NCBI RefSeq assembly: GCF_012290005.1 | Contig: NZ_JAAXMS010000007.1 | Coordinates: forward strand, 41,991-105,990 | DNA length: 64,000 nucleotides | Reading direction: 5' to 3' | Source of the DNA: Crateriforma spongiae | GTDB lineage: Bacteria > Planctomycetota > Planctomycetia > Pirellulales > Pirellulaceae | In this document: one piece after another, positions 21,279 through 33,774 of the stretch | Layout of the letters: each line of letters opens with the position of its first letter | Position numbering within the stretch: the first letter of the stretch is position 1 | The notes under the pieces: generated by a model | What the model was told of the DNA's origin: nothing | The model's database searches: none | Seen by the model: the letters and a program-made list of their open reading frames with translations, nothing else | Position numbers and translations under genes: made by a program

Positions 21279-21443
21279 CTGCCTTCTGGAAGACTGACCA
21301 ACCGACGAATCATGCCATCGCATGTCGGTCCGTTGCTTGTTGCGTTTCGAGCACTGGCATAGTGCCGGGACACCGCTCGTTCGCAGTAAGACGAAGCCTG
21401 TGTGTCGGTGCGATGATTTGGATGAACAGAATAGGCAGACAGC

Positions 21444-22943
21444 ATGAACGACCTTCGGTTTGATAATCAGGTTATCTCGAGTTCTTCCTTGGCGTATCGG
21501 CGGTATCGTGACAGTTGGGCCTACGCGATTTTGAGGCTGATTTGTGTGCCTGCGGTGATGCTGATGGTTGGGTCCAATCCGATCGTCGCGGAATCGGCAG
21601 ACACCAACGTGGTTCTGATCTTGATTGACGACCTGGGTTGGAAGGATCTCGGTTGTTACGGGAGCGACTATTACCAAACGCCCAATGTCGATCAGCTCGC
21701 CCGCGAAGGCATGAGGTTCACCAATGGGTATGCCGCGTGCAACGTCTGTTCTCCGTCGCGAGCCGCGATTGTTAGCGGCAAATACCCTGCTCGACTACTG
21801 TTGACGCAGTGGTTGCCGTCGGGGCGTTGGGATCCGCAAAAGATGCGACTTCGCGAAGGTCGCTACTTGGCCAATCTTCCGCTGGAGGAATTCACCGTCG
21901 CCGAGGCGATGCGAGATGCCGGTTACCGAACCGCTTTCATTGGGAAATGGCATTTGGGAACGGAGACTTACTACTATCCCGAGCACCAAGGTTTTGATGT
22001 CAATATTGCCGGTCGCGATTATGGGGCACCCGGCAGCTACTTTTATCCCTTTGAAGGTACTTGGAAGATTCCAACCACGGGAAAAGTGCTGCAAAAAACG
22101 TCTCCGCTTGCAGGCACCAAAGGCGACTATCTTCCGGATCGTTTGGCGGAAGAAGCTGAGGCGTTCATTCGCAAAAATGCCGAGCATCCATTCTTTCTGA
22201 TGCTGTCACACTACGCGCTGCACACCCCGTTGCAGGCGAAGCAGGAGAAGATCGACCGCTATCGTCAGATTCCAGAAAGCCAGCGGCAAGGAAAGCCCAC
22301 CTATGCGGCGATGGTGGAGAGCATTGATGAGAGTGTGGGACGCGTGATGGCGACGTTGCGGGACGTCGAGATCGATGACCAGACCCTGGTGATCTTTACA
22401 AGTGACAACGGTGGGAACGCGAATGTAACCAATCACAGTCCGCTGCGTGGGAACAAAGGGTCGAACTACGAAGGCGGTCTTCGTGTGCCGCTGATCATCA
22501 AATGGCCCGGAAAGACTCGCCCAGGTTCGGTGTCGGACGAACCTGTGATTGGAACGGACTTTTATCCAACCATCTTGGAAGCGACCGGCCAAGCGTTACG
22601 ACCGCATCAGCATGTGGATGGCGAAAGTCTGGTTCCCGTGCTGATGGAATCGGGCGGTTTGAATCGAACGGCCATTCATTGGCATTATCCGCATTACAAC
22701 CAGCATCCGTCGGCTTTCCCGTCCGGGGTGATTCGTGCAGGCGATTGGAAGCTAATTGAAGCCTACGAATCGCGAGAACTGTCACTGTACAACCTGGCCG
22801 ACGACCTTGGTGAAACCACAGATCTGTCGGAACTTCGGCCTGACAAGCGAGATGAGTTGTACCGACGGTTGAAAACTTGGCGCGACGCGGTTGGTGCGGA
22901 TCCGATGAGACCCAATCCGGAGTATCAGGAAGACCAACAGTGA
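21444..22943 (+). CDS. sulfatase (N-acetylgalactosamine-6-sulfatase-like), secreted
   Basis: [18 protein letters not shown]; [18 protein letters not shown] (CxPxR). Stop TGA 22941-22943 overlaps the next ATG by 1 nt. Confidence 0.88.
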   Translation: MNDLRFDNQVISSSSLAYRRYRDSWAYAILRLICVPAVMLMVGSNPIVAESADTNVVLILIDDLGWKDLGCYGSDYYQTPNVDQLAREGMRFTNGYAACNVCSPSRAAIVSGKYPARLLLTQWLPSGRWDPQKMRLREGRYLANLPLEEFTVAEAMRDAGYRTAFIGKWHLGTETYYYPEHQGFDVNIAGRDYGAPGSYFYPFEGTWKIPTTGKVLQKTSPLAGTKGDYLPDRLAEEAEAFIRKNAEHPFFLMLSHYALHTPLQAKQEKIDRYRQIPESQRQGKPTYAAMVESIDESVGRVMATLRDVEIDDQTLVIFTSDNGGNANVTNHSPLRGNKGSNYEGGLRVPLIIKWPGKTRPGSVSDEPVIGTDFYPTILEATGQALRPHQHVDGESLVPVLMESGGLNRTAIHWHYPHYNQHPSAFPSGVIRAGDWKLIEAYESRELSLYNLADDLGETTDLSELRPDKRDELYRRLKTWRDAVGADPMRPNPEYQEDQQ

Positions 22944-25576
22944 TGCGTCCCGCAATACTGCCCTGTGCCATCGTCCTGTTTTTCGTGCTTGCCGGCGCGG
23001 GCGATCCGAGCGTGTGTGCGGAAGACACGATCAGGCTTGATTGGCAAGAAATGCCATCAGTGCCGGACGAGCTAGGATTCGCCGGTCCGTTCGTCGGAAT
23101 TCATAATGATGCCTTGATTGTGGCCGGCGGTGCAAATTTTCCAAAACCGGTTTGGGAACAATCCAAGGTTTGGCACGATCGCGTCTTTGTGCTGACGCAA
23201 GCTGGTCTGAATGATGGCTGGAAAGAGGTCGGCAGACTGCCTCGGCCGATCGCATATGGTGCTGCGGTTTCGACGCAGATGGGCGTCGTTTGCATGGGCG
23301 GAAGTGACTCGCAGACCACTTATGACGACGTGTTTCTTTTGCGCTGGGACCCGGACACCGAAGCGATCGACGTCACATCGTTCCCAAAACTTCCCCAGCC
23401 GTGTGCGTATTCTACAGCGACGGTTATTGACGATGTGATCTATTTGGCCGGTGGCCAAAGCGGTCAATCGCTGGACACGGCGATGGCAAATTTTTGGTCA
23501 TTGGATTTGTCCCACAGGTCAAGCGGCGACGGCTGGCGATGGACCCAGCACCAAGTTTGGCCGGGGCCTGGACGAGCATTCAATCTGACCGTCCGGCAAC
23601 ACAACGGCTACAACGATTGCGTTTATGTCATCAGCGGACGCCGGCAGGATGGCGATCCGAACGATCCGGAGGATATTGAGTTCTTGCGGGATGTGTGGGA
23701 ATACAACCCGTCGACCGGTCACTGGCGTCAGCGTGCAGATGCACCACGATGTGTGATGGCGGGAACTGGCATTGGTGTGGGCCAAAGTCATGTCATGGTC
23801 TTGGGCGGTGCGACCGGGGAGTTGTTCTTTCAGGCGGATGAACTGAAAGATGATCATCCCGGATTTATCCGACAGGCTCTGGCGTATCACACGATCACTG
23901 ATACGTGGGTCCCTGCCGGTGAAACACCAATCAATCAAGTCACGACGACAGCGGTCAGGTGGGGTGACGCGATTGTCGTACCTAGTGGCGAAATTCGCCC
24001 GCGTGTTCGTACGCCGCGTGTTTTTCGTGTCAGCGTTGGTCGATCGACTGTTCGTTTTGGGGCCGTCAACTACATCGTGCTGTTCGGGTACCTGGCATTA
24101 ATGGTGGGAATCGGTCTGTATTTCGCACGAAAAAACAAAAGCACCGAAGACTATTTTCGTGGCGGAAAACAGATTCCGTGGTGGGCCGCCGGATGCAGTA
24201 TTTTTGCAACAATGTTGAGTTCGCTGACCTTTACAGGAATTCCATCCAAGTCGTTTGCGCAAGACTGGGTGTACGCCATTGGTAACTTGATGATTCCTGT
24301 CGTGGCGGTCATTGCCGTCTACATTGCGATGCCGTTCTTTCGAGGTATCGATGCGACCAGCGCATATGAATACTTGGAGAAGCGATTCAGTCGCTCCGTA
24401 AGATTATTCGGAAGCGCCAGCTTCACCCTGTTCCATTTGTTTCGCATGGCTGTTGTCATGTCTTTGACCGGGTTGGCCTTGTCGGTGGCCACACCGCTGA
24501 CACCCACACAATCGGTATTGCTGATGGGTGTTTTAAGCATTGTTTATTGCACAATGGGCGGCATCGAAGCGGTGATCTGGACAGATACGATTCAAACGGT
24601 CGTCTTGTTGGGTGGCGCAATGTTGGCTGTGGTGCTGCTGATCGCTGGTGTGGACGGTGGCGTGTCCGGGTTTTGGTCCGTCACCACGGAAGCGGACAAA
24701 TTCAAGCTTGCCAATTTTCACTGGGACATCACGAGCAGCCAAGTTGCTTTGTGGGTGGTTGTTGTGGGGGCCTTTGCCCAGAACATTTCGTCCTACACCG
24801 CGGATCAGGCCGTGGTCCAGCGTTACATGACCACCGCGGATACGCGATTGGCGGCGCGTTCGATTTGGACCAATGCGGTTCTGACGATTCCCGCGACGAT
24901 TTTGTTTTTCGGTATCGGAACCGCGTTGTTCGCTTTCTATCAATCGCATCCGCAAAAGCTGGATCCTACGATCACGACGGACCAAGTGTTTCCACTGTTT
25001 ATCGCTCGCGAGATGCCCGTTGGTTTTGCCGGACTGATTGTGGCGGGTATTTTTGCTGCGGCTCAGTCTACGGTTTCAACCAGCATGAATTCCACGGCAA
25101 CCGCGGTCGTGACCGATTTCATGCGTCCGAGGCAATTTTGCCGATCGGAGGCCGGGTATCTGGCCGCGGCAAGATGGTGCACCTTTTTGATCGGCGTCGT
25201 CGGTACGCTGCTTGCGATGGTGTTTGTGGACCCAGAGATCAAATCACTCTTTGACACATTTCTGCGTGTCATCGGTGTTTTTATGGGAGTGCTGGGCGGA
25301 CTGTTTGTCCTTGGCGCGTTGACGCGGCGAGCCAATGCAATCGGTGCGATGATCGGTGCCCTGGTCGGTGCCACGGTGATGTTTTGCCTGTGGAAATTTA
25401 CGCAGGTTAACGGATTTCTCTATACGGCAACGGGGATCACATCCTGTGTCGTGGTCGGGATGCTTAGCAGTCTGGTCTTTCAGCGGCCGGTTCAAGATTT
25501 GACCGGCTTGACCATCTACACCATGACTGAACCAGTCGACGCGCAACCGTTGTCCCGGGCGGAGGAATTGGGCTAG
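22943..25576 (+). CDS. fusion of NanM-like Kelch beta-propeller (sialic-acid mutarotase-like) and a sodium:solute symporter (SSS family)
   Basis: ATG 22943 ([20 protein letters not shown], signal peptide). Kelch-type repeats ([11 protein letters not shown]..., VYLAGGQSG..., [10 protein letters not shown]). SSS core ([35 protein letters not shown]). The ORF-track start 22877 overlaps the sulfatase. Confidence 0.75.
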   Translation: MRPAILPCAIVLFFVLAGAGDPSVCAEDTIRLDWQEMPSVPDELGFAGPFVGIHNDALIVAGGANFPKPVWEQSKVWHDRVFVLTQAGLNDGWKEVGRLPRPIAYGAAVSTQMGVVCMGGSDSQTTYDDVFLLRWDPDTEAIDVTSFPKLPQPCAYSTATVIDDVIYLAGGQSGQSLDTAMANFWSLDLSHRSSGDGWRWTQHQVWPGPGRAFNLTVRQHNGYNDCVYVISGRRQDGDPNDPEDIEFLRDVWEYNPSTGHWRQRADAPRCVMAGTGIGVGQSHVMVLGGATGELFFQADELKDDHPGFIRQALAYHTITDTWVPAGETPINQVTTTAVRWGDAIVVPSGEIRPRVRTPRVFRVSVGRSTVRFGAVNYIVLFGYLALMVGIGLYFARKNKSTEDYFRGGKQIPWWAAGCSIFATMLSSLTFTGIPSKSFAQDWVYAIGNLMIPVVAVIAVYIAMPFFRGIDATSAYEYLEKRFSRSVRLFGSASFTLFHLFRMAVVMSLTGLALSVATPLTPTQSVLLMGVLSIVYCTMGGIEAVIWTDTIQTVVLLGGAMLAVVLLIAGVDGGVSGFWSVTTEADKFKLANFHWDITSSQVALWVVVVGAFAQNISSYTADQAVVQRYMTTADTRLAARSIWTNAVLTIPATILFFGIGTALFAFYQSHPQKLDPTITTDQVFPLFIAREMPVGFAGLIVAGIFAAAQSTVSTSMNSTATAVVTDFMRPRQFCRSEAGYLAAARWCTFLIGVVGTLLAMVFVDPEIKSLFDTFLRVIGVFMGVLGGLFVLGALTRRANAIGAMIGALVGATVMFCLWKFTQVNGFLYTATGITSCVVVGMLSSLVFQRPVQDLTGLTIYTMTEPVDAQPLSRAEELG

Positions 25577-28500
25577 GAGCCCTCTTGGGTTTTGCCTTCC
25601 TCGAACGCCTTTTCAACGTCCTGGTAGGTCTGCACCATTCGATCCAACTGTTGTTGCAGTTGTTGCAAATCGGTGCCGCTTTCGATCTGGTTCTGCAGGA
25701 TCGGCCGCAGCCATTCTTGCATCAGATGAAATTGGCCTTTGACCAATTCGGCCAGTACGCGGGGAACCTTGTGCTGGACCAGTACCTTCTGGTCCGGCGG
25801 CGAAGCGGCTTGCTGTTGGGCGATTTGTTCCAAACGCTGTGTCGTCGCGTTGAGCGATTCGGAAAGCTGAGCTCCCGAAGTGACCAGTCCGTCTCGGATC
25901 GATTCGACACGTTGGTCCATGCGGCGTTGTTGGTCTTCATCACCGACCGCGACGGCACGACTGATCACGGCGCGGATCGATTCCAAGCCGTCGCGCATTG
26001 ATGCCAGTTGTCGCAGCAATTGCCCGGTCGTGTCGCTGTCGTCCAGGCCCGACATGCGGACGCTTTCGACGAAGGCGTATTTGATGCCGTCCCAACGTTC
26101 TTTCTGTTCTGGCGTCAGAACGCCCAACAGTTCGCGGAACTTCAGCATGTTCGCTTCGTTATCCGTGGTCAGCGTCTGGGCATCTTGTTCGTAACTGCTG
26201 ACGATCAGTGACTGCAATTCGCGATCGTTCATCACCGGCGCGACCTTTTCGGCGATCCGGTTCATGTTTCGATAGCTGCCTTGCAGTTTGAAAGGTGGTT
26301 CGGTTCGATAGGCGTCCGCTTGGGCGGCACTTTGGATGTAGGTTCGGTTGACTTTCAGGACGACGTCACGCACACGCAACAGTTTGCGAATGACTTCGTA
26401 CATGTCGTTCAGCTGGTCGGGGCTGATCTTGGTTTCCAGTTCGATCCCTTCCATCGAATCGCGCTGAGCCGCCGCGATGATGGCGCGGGCGTCCGATGGT
26501 GGCGCTGTCGATAGTGGTGCCAAAGTCGGATTGCTGGTCAAACAGTTTTCCAGATACGACATTTCGAATGCGTCGGAAGATTCACCGATAATTTCGCCCA
26601 AGTTGTATACGTCCGCACGGTTGGAAAGCATGTCGGGGATCTGGAACCGTTCGCCCGATTCGGTGTAGGGGTTGCCCGCCATGACAACCGCGACACGACG
26701 ACCGCGCAAATCATAGGTGCGTGTCTTGCCGTCGCGGACACCTTCGATCTTCCGCGTGGCATCGCACAAGGAGATGAACTTCTGCAGTAGTTCCGGATTG
26801 GTGTGCTGAATGTCGTCCAGGTACAGCATCACGTTGTCACCCATTTCCAGGGCTAAATTCAATCGCTGGACTTCTTCTCTGGCGGCGGCGTTGGGGGCTT
26901 CGGCGGGATCCAGCGAAGTGACACCGTGGCCGATCGCCGGGCCGTTGATCTTCATGAAGACGATCCCCAAGCGATTGGCGATGTATTCCATCAAGGTCGT
27001 CTTGCCGTACCCCGGTGGCGAGATCAATAGCAACAGCCCCATGCGATCGGTGCGTTTGCCGGCACCCGCAGCGCCGATTTGTTTGGCCAAGTTGTCACCG
27101 ATCAGCGGCAGATAGACTTCGTCCAGCAACCGGTTACGGACAAAACTGGTCAAGACCCTTGGTTTGAATTCATCCAAACGCATGGAGTCACGCGACTGTT
27201 CGACGATCCGGTTTTTCGATTCGTGTAGCCGCTGAAAACTCGGAACGACCGAACGGACGTAATGACTCATTCGATCGGTGAATTCGTGATAGTCCAACGA
27301 CAGCTTTCCGCCGCTGATTCGCGGATGGCTGCCGACGATTCCGGAAAGCGTTTGGGCCGTCTCTGCGGTGGCGGTTTTGAACGAATCCGCACCACCCCAC
27401 TGGATCAACAAGGCCAGTTCATTGCGGTGCGCGCTGGCTTTTTGACGATCGGAATCGGAAAGTGAATCGATATGGGCGTCCGCCCAGTTGCGGGCGAGAA
27501 CAAAGGCTTGTGTCGCCGAAACACTGGCTGTTTTTCCAGTGGTCGGCATTTTTCCTGCGGTTTGGAACTGCGTGTACAAGTCCGCCGCGTCACGGCTGAT
27601 CGTCGACTTGCGGACCGAGGTCGTCAGTTGGTCGAACAGGTAATCGGCCATCCGATGCGGTGTCAAAGTCGAATCAAACAGGGACGAAAATTCATCAAAT
27701 TGTGCGGTGATTGCGTCACACAATTGCTGGTGAAATTGACGCGCCGGTGTGGCATTTGGATACGCCTTGGCAAGTCGGCCGTAGCCGCCCACCCAATCAG
27801 AAAACGATTTCTGTGTGGCGGTGTCGGTTAGCTTCTTCAGCCACAGTAGTGACGCCGCACGGACCGTTGGCGAATGACGCAGCAACCCCAGTTGCCGATC
27901 CATCGCAAGCAGCGTGGTCAGCACGATCGCCGCATCATGATCGTGCACACCTTTTGCGTAACCTTCTTCGAAACGGCCCGCCATCTGTTTTTGGACCCAG
28001 GTGGTCCATTGCGGCAATGCCTCGGGATCGTCCGCATCAAGTTCGGTTGGAAGCGTTCCGCTGCTGATGGAACGAAACAGGTCGTACGCCAGGTATTCGC
28101 CACGATAGACATCGCGGTTTTCGCTGATCAATTCTTGATCCCAAAGATCGCGGGCATCTTCCAACGCCGCATCATGCAGGGGATCAAAGTACTGGGTGCC
28201 GGTCAAGTGAAGGCACATTTGACCGTCACGTAAGACGGTGGTCAGGTCCAGCGGTTGGGTATTGACGGCAAAACGCTTGTCGCCCAGACGGATGACTTCG
28301 CCGCCGTCCTCGTACAACTCGCGACGATCCTTCAATTGCCGAACGGCGTCTTCGCGAGCCGATTTCAGTCGTCCACGGAGGTCTTCGGCGCGGACGGCAT
28401 CGTTCAAGTCATCCAGCGAATCGACGATGTCGCGGACCTTTTGGACCATCAGATCGCCGGCAAAGTATGCGGCGATTTCCTCGGGAGTCTCGATCGTATC

Positions 28501-30819
28501 GATGCGCGACTTGATGCTTTGCAGGATCCGGTCCGCCGCAGTCGCCAGCGATTGTGCCCGCCGGTTTTGCTTTTCGACCAGCGCGACCTTGCGGCTTTCA
28601 AACGCCGCGTAGATCTCTTCCCGCCGAGTCGCCAATTGTGGAATGAAGTCGTCGAATTCCGCAAACCGGCCTTCCAGTTCCTCCAGTTGCAACATGACCT
28701 TGGTCAGGTACTGGTCACACTTGGCGGGCGTGTCGCAGATGTCCAGGTATCCGGCCGTGCTTTGGGCCAGCAACTTCATCTGTGACGCAAATTCCGCACG
28801 ACCCTCGACCGATTGAAGGTCCTGGATTCGGGCCTTTAGCGTACTGCGGACGCGATTGACCGACGCCAGCACGTCGCCGATGTTGTCGACGATGGTCGTG
28901 CGTTTGGTGGTGTCGTCGATTTTGAGATTGCTGACGGTTTCGGTCAGCATTTCCAGGTGTTCGGCCGTTTGGTCGATGCGTTCCTGGATCTCTTTTGCGG
29001 CTGCTACGGTTTCCGTTTGCTGGATCGTCGCATCGATCTCTGAAACGCGTTGCGTGTAGGGGGCCAGTGCGTCGTTGCCCAAAAGAAAATCGACACAACG
29101 TCGGCTGATCCGTTCGGCTTTTTCGACGACAGAGGTTTCCAGTGATTGCACCCGAGATTCGTCGACGTATCGCAAGTCTTTCAGGCCCAATGCGGCGGCC
29201 CGTTGACGTCGCAGTTGCGACAGGACGTCGACGAAATCATCGATCGATTCGAAACGACTGCGGTCAACCGTTTTCAGCAGTTCGTCGATCGCTTTGGCAA
29301 CACGTTTGGTCGCAGATTCCGTTTCGTTTTTTGCGCGGACGACCTTTTCGAATTCTTCGATCGCCGTGTTGGCCGCTTGGCGGATTTGAATCAGCGGCTG
29401 ATTCAGTCCCTGTGTTTCCGCTTTATCGATCCAAAAATACGAATCCAGGATGTCGCCAGTCTTCTTGGCAATGTCGACGTACAGACCTTCATAGCTGTCG
29501 TCTTTGTCGATCAGTTGCAGCACTTCGCTGCATTCGGACATGCCCCGAACGATTTCTTGGTTGCCGATTTTGAACAGTAGCGAATCGCTTTGGTGTTCGG
29601 CGATGAAGTCGGGGCCGGTAAACGGAGTCTGCCAGACCTGGATCGCGTGGTGTTTTTGCGGCTGGTCGTTCCCGGTGAAGCAGACCATTTCGCCACGCTG
29701 GAAAAACGTCTGGCCATGGCAGACCAACGGCGTGTCCACGGTTTGGTTGATCAGGTTGTAGCGAAGCTGGATGTAGGTGCCGCTTTCCGGGTTGTAGAAC
29801 AAGTACAGAAAGTCTTCGCCGTTGGGTGATGCGACGGTGCGCTGGAAACGCATGTCGATCAAGCCGTGATCGAAGCGTTTGAATTGACCCGTCTGCAGAT
29901 AATAACCGCCGGGGAAAATCAGCCCCTGGTCGCTGGGCAACATCACACAAGCGTGTTCGATTTCGTCCAGACGCATCGCCTGGCCCAATTTTCCGTTGAA
30001 CACAAAATGGCGGAACGTGTTTTCTTGGTAGGGTTTGATTCGGATCAGAATCAGGTTGCCGACGACCGCGTAATAGACCTCGGCGTCGTCCAGGGTTTGA
30101 TCCGGATTTTCGACCGGTTCGGCCAGAATGCCTTCGCCGCTTTCGGTGTTGTCTTCAATCTTGATCGTCAGGTCGCCACCGACCGTTTCGACGAACACCC
30201 GATCATCCAGACTGATGTGCGGATGTTTTCCGTAGACGTGTTGGTCGCGGGTGGTCCGCGTCCATCGGAATTCGTGCTGCGCGGGGTCACGGACTTCGTG
30301 TTCGCTGCGGTTGTCGACATAGACCAAGCGGTCATCGTCGATCCGCCATTTGAACGATTTGATATCTCGCGGCGTTTTGCCGACGCGAAAGACCATGTGC
30401 AGCAATGGCCCGTCACGAAAAAAGCGGGCGAAGGTCGTGCCTTTATAGAATCGATACAGTTCGGCAAAGTCGCTGTGGAATCGATCGTCGCCGATCAAGT
30501 CCAGCGATTCGGTGTGGAACTGGTGGTCATCGAATCGATAGGCGGAAAACACGTCGCCGATTTCGGTTTCCAGTTTCAGGCCGAACTGGACGTTGTACCC
30601 GAACAAAAAGCGGTCGCCGACGCTGATCAGATCACGCGGGACACAATTGTGTGTGGTGGTGACGCGTTCGGTCGTCACCAATTTCGTTTCGATGTTGCCA
30701 AAGACTTCGCTGCGTGAATCGTTCAAACGACGCAGTCGGTCACGCAGGTCCTTGGCGGCATCGCGGATGCGTTGACGCAGGACTTCGTACGTCCCGGCGG
30801 CCAGCTGGGTGTCGGTCAT
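25573..30819 (-). CDS. giant (1748 aa) AAA+ ATPase-domain protein with N-terminal unknown beta-rich domain and long alpha-helical/coiled-coil segments
   Basis: MoxR/AAA_5-like core ([32 protein letters not shown]...[15 protein letters not shown]...[32 protein letters not shown]). ATG 30819. It ends tail-to-tail with its stop codon overlapping the SSS gene stop. Confidence 0.75.
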   Translation of the reverse strand: MTDTQLAAGTYEVLRQRIRDAAKDLRDRLRRLNDSRSEVFGNIETKLVTTERVTTTHNCVPRDLISVGDRFLFGYNVQFGLKLETEIGDVFSAYRFDDHQFHTESLDLIGDDRFHSDFAELYRFYKGTTFARFFRDGPLLHMVFRVGKTPRDIKSFKWRIDDDRLVYVDNRSEHEVRDPAQHEFRWTRTTRDQHVYGKHPHISLDDRVFVETVGGDLTIKIEDNTESGEGILAEPVENPDQTLDDAEVYYAVVGNLILIRIKPYQENTFRHFVFNGKLGQAMRLDEIEHACVMLPSDQGLIFPGGYYLQTGQFKRFDHGLIDMRFQRTVASPNGEDFLYLFYNPESGTYIQLRYNLINQTVDTPLVCHGQTFFQRGEMVCFTGNDQPQKHHAIQVWQTPFTGPDFIAEHQSDSLLFKIGNQEIVRGMSECSEVLQLIDKDDSYEGLYVDIAKKTGDILDSYFWIDKAETQGLNQPLIQIRQAANTAIEEFEKVVRAKNETESATKRVAKAIDELLKTVDRSRFESIDDFVDVLSQLRRQRAAALGLKDLRYVDESRVQSLETSVVEKAERISRRCVDFLLGNDALAPYTQRVSEIDATIQQTETVAAAKEIQERIDQTAEHLEMLTETVSNLKIDDTTKRTTIVDNIGDVLASVNRVRSTLKARIQDLQSVEGRAEFASQMKLLAQSTAGYLDICDTPAKCDQYLTKVMLQLEELEGRFAEFDDFIPQLATRREEIYAAFESRKVALVEKQNRRAQSLATAADRILQSIKSRIDTIETPEEIAAYFAGDLMVQKVRDIVDSLDDLNDAVRAEDLRGRLKSAREDAVRQLKDRRELYEDGGEVIRLGDKRFAVNTQPLDLTTVLRDGQMCLHLTGTQYFDPLHDAALEDARDLWDQELISENRDVYRGEYLAYDLFRSISSGTLPTELDADDPEALPQWTTWVQKQMAGRFEEGYAKGVHDHDAAIVLTTLLAMDRQLGLLRHSPTVRAASLLWLKKLTDTATQKSFSDWVGGYGRLAKAYPNATPARQFHQQLCDAITAQFDEFSSLFDSTLTPHRMADYLFDQLTTSVRKSTISRDAADLYTQFQTAGKMPTTGKTASVSATQAFVLARNWADAHIDSLSDSDRQKASAHRNELALLIQWGGADSFKTATAETAQTLSGIVGSHPRISGGKLSLDYHEFTDRMSHYVRSVVPSFQRLHESKNRIVEQSRDSMRLDEFKPRVLTSFVRNRLLDEVYLPLIGDNLAKQIGAAGAGKRTDRMGLLLLISPPGYGKTTLMEYIANRLGIVFMKINGPAIGHGVTSLDPAEAPNAAAREEVQRLNLALEMGDNVMLYLDDIQHTNPELLQKFISLCDATRKIEGVRDGKTRTYDLRGRRVAVVMAGNPYTESGERFQIPDMLSNRADVYNLGEIIGESSDAFEMSYLENCLTSNPTLAPLSTAPPSDARAIIAAAQRDSMEGIELETKISPDQLNDMYEVIRKLLRVRDVVLKVNRTYIQSAAQADAYRTEPPFKLQGSYRNMNRIAEKVAPVMNDRELQSLIVSSYEQDAQTLTTDNEANMLKFRELLGVLTPEQKERWDGIKYAFVESVRMSGLDDSDTTGQLLRQLASMRDGLESIRAVISRAVAVGDEDQQRRMDQRVESIRDGLVTSGAQLSESLNATTQRLEQIAQQQAASPPDQKVLVQHKVPRVLAELVKGQFHLMQEWLRPILQNQIESGTDLQQLQQQLDRMVQTYQDVEKAFEEGKTQEGS

Positions 30820-30950
30820 GGCACTAGGCGTTCATCGATGGCTGGATGGTTGATGATGGAGCCACCGCGACGGCCGTCATATCGCAGCGGCATGGCCGGC
30901 TGCGATGGTGGGTGTGGCGCGCGTGTGGTGTCCGTGGGAACCGCAAGGAA

Positions 30951-32963
30951 TCAAGATTTCGACAGCATTCGGCCGGCTTTTTGATCCGCGATGTTGGCGG
31001 TTCCCGCCATCGACAGCAGACTGGTCAACTGGCTGCGGACATCATCGGTCGACGCCATGCCCATCATTTTGGCGATCAGGGCGGCGATCGACAGGTCTTT
31101 GACGCCATCGGTGTCCAGGTTGAATTGGCTGATCAATTCGGAAAGTTGGTCACGGAAGTATTCGGCGTTGCCGTCAAAGAAGGTGTCTTTGATATCGGTC
31201 GCAACTTTGCTGTTGTAGACGAACCGGTCGATGGCTTTGCCGCCCTTGACCGCAGTTGTGATCTGATCGAAGAACTCGCCGTCGCCACCGACGATATCGA
31301 TGCGTGCCGCCTTCAGCGCGTCGGCGACTACACCGGCTTGGCTTTCGGCGATGCCGCGTTGTGCATCGATCGCAGCGATTTCGACTTGCTTGGTCTTTTC
31401 CAAGTTCAGTTTGAATTCTTCGTGGTCCTTGCCGACGCCGTCCAGCAATTTCATGGCTTCGGCCTTTTCGGTGATGCCGGTGGCTTCGGCGTGATAGGTT
31501 TCGCTCATGACCTTGGCTTCGGCCAAACCTTCCTTTTCGATCGCGACGGCTTTGGCTTCTTGTACCTTGGCTTCGGCCAGTCCGGCGGCCGCGGCGGTTG
31601 CTGTTTCGCCTTCGGCCAGCATCTTCGCACCTTCGGCGTCCTTGGCTGCCGCGTCGCGTTTGGCTTCTGCTTCGATGCGGATCTTTTCAGCCAACAGTTC
31701 ACTGGCGTCACGTTCGGCCTGGGCCAGTTTGGTTTGGCGAATCAATTCTTGTTCGGCGGCCATTTCCGCAGCGGTGACTTCGACGCGTTTCAGACGATCG
31801 GCGGCGGCGTGTTCTTCGGTGTCCTTGATGCGTTCCTGTTCTTCGACGACCGCACGTTCGACGGCGACGCGTTCGCGGATCACTTCTTGGATGTTTCGCT
31901 TTTCGACTTCGATCGCTTTTTCTTTCTCGACATCAGCGACGCCGACCAAACGCATCCGTTCGGTGGCTTCCAAGTCACGGTCACGGGTGACACGTTCCAG
32001 TTCCACCGCATCGGTTTTTTCTTTGTTCCGCTGGGCGACCAAGACCTGCCGTTCTTTGTTTTCGGTCGCGATGCCGATTTCTTCTTCGGTCGCGATGCGG
32101 GCACGTTCGGCTTCTAAACGTTGTTCTTCTTCGACTTTGGCGGCTGCGGCGTTTTCGCGAGCGGTGATTTCGGCGATTTCACGCTGTTGTTTCTCGACCG
32201 CTTCGACGCGTTGTCGTTCCAGTTCCAGAATGGTTTCTTCCGCCTCGACGTCTTGCTTCTTCAGCGTCTTTTCTTTGTCGCGGGTGAACTGGTTTTCCTT
32301 GACCTTTTCATCGGCGGTCAATTCGGTGATCTTTTTGATGCCTTCGGCGTCCAGAATGTTGTTGGGCGAAAGCAATTCGATCGGCGTTTGTTCCAGATAA
32401 TCGATCGCGGCGTCGTCCAGCCGGTAACCGTTCAAGTCGGTTCCGATGACTTTCAAAATTTCTTCTTTGAACTTGTCCCGTTGGTCGTACAAGTCGACGA
32501 AGTCGAACTGCTTGCCGACGGTCTTCAGGGCTTCGCTGAACTTCGCATCAAACAATTCACGCAGCGTGTCGATTTGCGCACAGCGTTTCGCACCGATCGA
32601 CTGGGCCACCTCCTTCATTTCTTCCGGTGTTTTATCGACACGCACGAAGAACGCGACTTTGATGTCGGCACGGATGTTGTCTCTACAGATCAAGCCTTCG
32701 CTGCCCTGACGATGAATCTCGAATGACTTCAGCGTCAGGTCCATGAATTCGTGTTGGTGCAGCAGCGGGACGACGAACATGCCGTCGCCGGTGGCCACTT
32801 TCAGGCCGCCGGAACCACTGCGAACCAGGGCGGTATCGGGACCGACCTTGATGTAACACTTTTTGAAGATCGCCGCGGCGATGAAAATGCTGATTGCCAG
32901 AAAGCCGATCAAGATGATCGCGGCATCGGCGGCAGCGCTGTTGGTGATCAATTGCGCAAGCAT
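30951..32963 (-). CDS. flotillin-like SPFH/band-7 protein (YqiK family) with long E/A/R/K-rich coiled-coil C-terminus
   Basis: ATG 32963 (MLAQLITNSAAADAAIILIGFLAISIFI). SPFH core (VGPDTALVRSGSGGLKVATGDGMFVVPLLHQHEFMDLTLKSFEIHR...ICRDNIRADIKVAFFVRV). Confidence 0.82.
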   Translation of the reverse strand: MLAQLITNSAAADAAIILIGFLAISIFIAAAIFKKCYIKVGPDTALVRSGSGGLKVATGDGMFVVPLLHQHEFMDLTLKSFEIHRQGSEGLICRDNIRADIKVAFFVRVDKTPEEMKEVAQSIGAKRCAQIDTLRELFDAKFSEALKTVGKQFDFVDLYDQRDKFKEEILKVIGTDLNGYRLDDAAIDYLEQTPIELLSPNNILDAEGIKKITELTADEKVKENQFTRDKEKTLKKQDVEAEETILELERQRVEAVEKQQREIAEITARENAAAAKVEEEQRLEAERARIATEEEIGIATENKERQVLVAQRNKEKTDAVELERVTRDRDLEATERMRLVGVADVEKEKAIEVEKRNIQEVIRERVAVERAVVEEQERIKDTEEHAAADRLKRVEVTAAEMAAEQELIRQTKLAQAERDASELLAEKIRIEAEAKRDAAAKDAEGAKMLAEGETATAAAAGLAEAKVQEAKAVAIEKEGLAEAKVMSETYHAEATGITEKAEAMKLLDGVGKDHEEFKLNLEKTKQVEIAAIDAQRGIAESQAGVVADALKAARIDIVGGDGEFFDQITTAVKGGKAIDRFVYNSKVATDIKDTFFDGNAEYFRDQLSELISQFNLDTDGVKDLSIAALIAKMMGMASTDDVRSQLTSLLSMAGTANIADQKAGRMLSKS

Positions 32964-33027
32964 GGTGGAGTCCAACAAGGGTGTTAAATCGACAATGGGC
33001 AATGGGAAAGTCATCGGCAAAGGCACC

Positions 33028-33774
33028 TTAATCTTGGGCCGCGTTTGCATCGGCGGCCGTGACGGTGTAGATGCGACGGTCGGAATCAAAATCAATAATC
33101 CGCACGATGCCGTCACGTGGGACCGTGCCTTCGGTCGTGCGGATGTTCAACAGCAACGGCGCCGCGTCGGTTGTGAATTCGCCTTGGCCAAAGGTCGGCG
33201 AAACTTCACTGGTGGAAACGCGACACGTCTTGCCGATCAATCGAGCGGCTTCGTACGTCGGACCGCGCCGCGACAGAAAACCAAGTCGATCGGTCAGAAC
33301 CTTGGTCGCCAGTGTTGCCATGACCACGTTGCGGGTCGTCAGCAACAGTGTCGGGATCAGCGCCGGTGCGAAATGGTCTTGGTCATAGCTGTACCACATC
33401 GCGTAACTGACGGCCCAAAACAATGACGTGAACACCGAACACCAAATCACCAAAGGGATTTTGCCCAGGTTCAGCCAACGGACCGTCATCGCACCCAAAC
33501 CGCTGACCGTGCCACCATCGGCGGCGGATTGCCAGGCGCCATCAGCGGCGGGAATCTCCGTTTCCATCGAAGCGTCGGCGTCACCGAGATCAATGTCGCC
33601 GGCGTCCATTTCCATTCCATCCGGATCGATGTCGGCACCCAGTCCGAAATCAAAGTCCAGCAGGCCGAGCGCAACGACAACGGCATAGATCAGCATCACG
33701 CCGACCATGACCGATGCCGGCCAGACCGGTCCGACGAACAGTCGTTCCAGGAATTGGATGATCGATTCGGACAT
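33028..33774 (-). CDS. NfeD/YqiJ-like membrane protein (DUF1449; OB-fold C-terminus), flotillin partner
   Basis: TM helix, acidic loop (DIDPDGMEMDAGDIDLGDADAS), TM bundle, and C-terminal OB-fold (GKTCRVSTSEVSPTFGQGEF...VRIIDFDSDRRIYTV). Probable ATG 33774 (MSESIIQFLERLF); the ORF track extends to a TTG at 33849. Confidence 0.7.
   Translation of the reverse strand: MSESIIQFLERLFVGPVWPASVMVGVMLIYAVVVALGLLDFDFGLGADIDPDGMEMDAGDIDLGDADASMETEIPAADGAWQSAADGGTVSGLGAMTVRWLNLGKIPLVIWCSVFTSLFWAVSYAMWYSYDQDHFAPALIPTLLLTTRNVVMATLATKVLTDRLGFLSRRGPTYEAARLIGKTCRVSTSEVSPTFGQGEFTTDAAPLLLNIRTTEGTVPRDGIVRIIDFDSDRRIYTVTAADANAAQD

Noticed and set aside
30846-32400. ORFs 30846..32117 (+, 423 aa) and 31507..32400 (+, 297 aa, Ala/Ser-rich)
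   Set aside because: They are antisense to the flotillin coiled-coil region. The Ala/Ser/Arg-rich products are what the reverse complement of E/A/R/K coiled-coil coding sequence gives.
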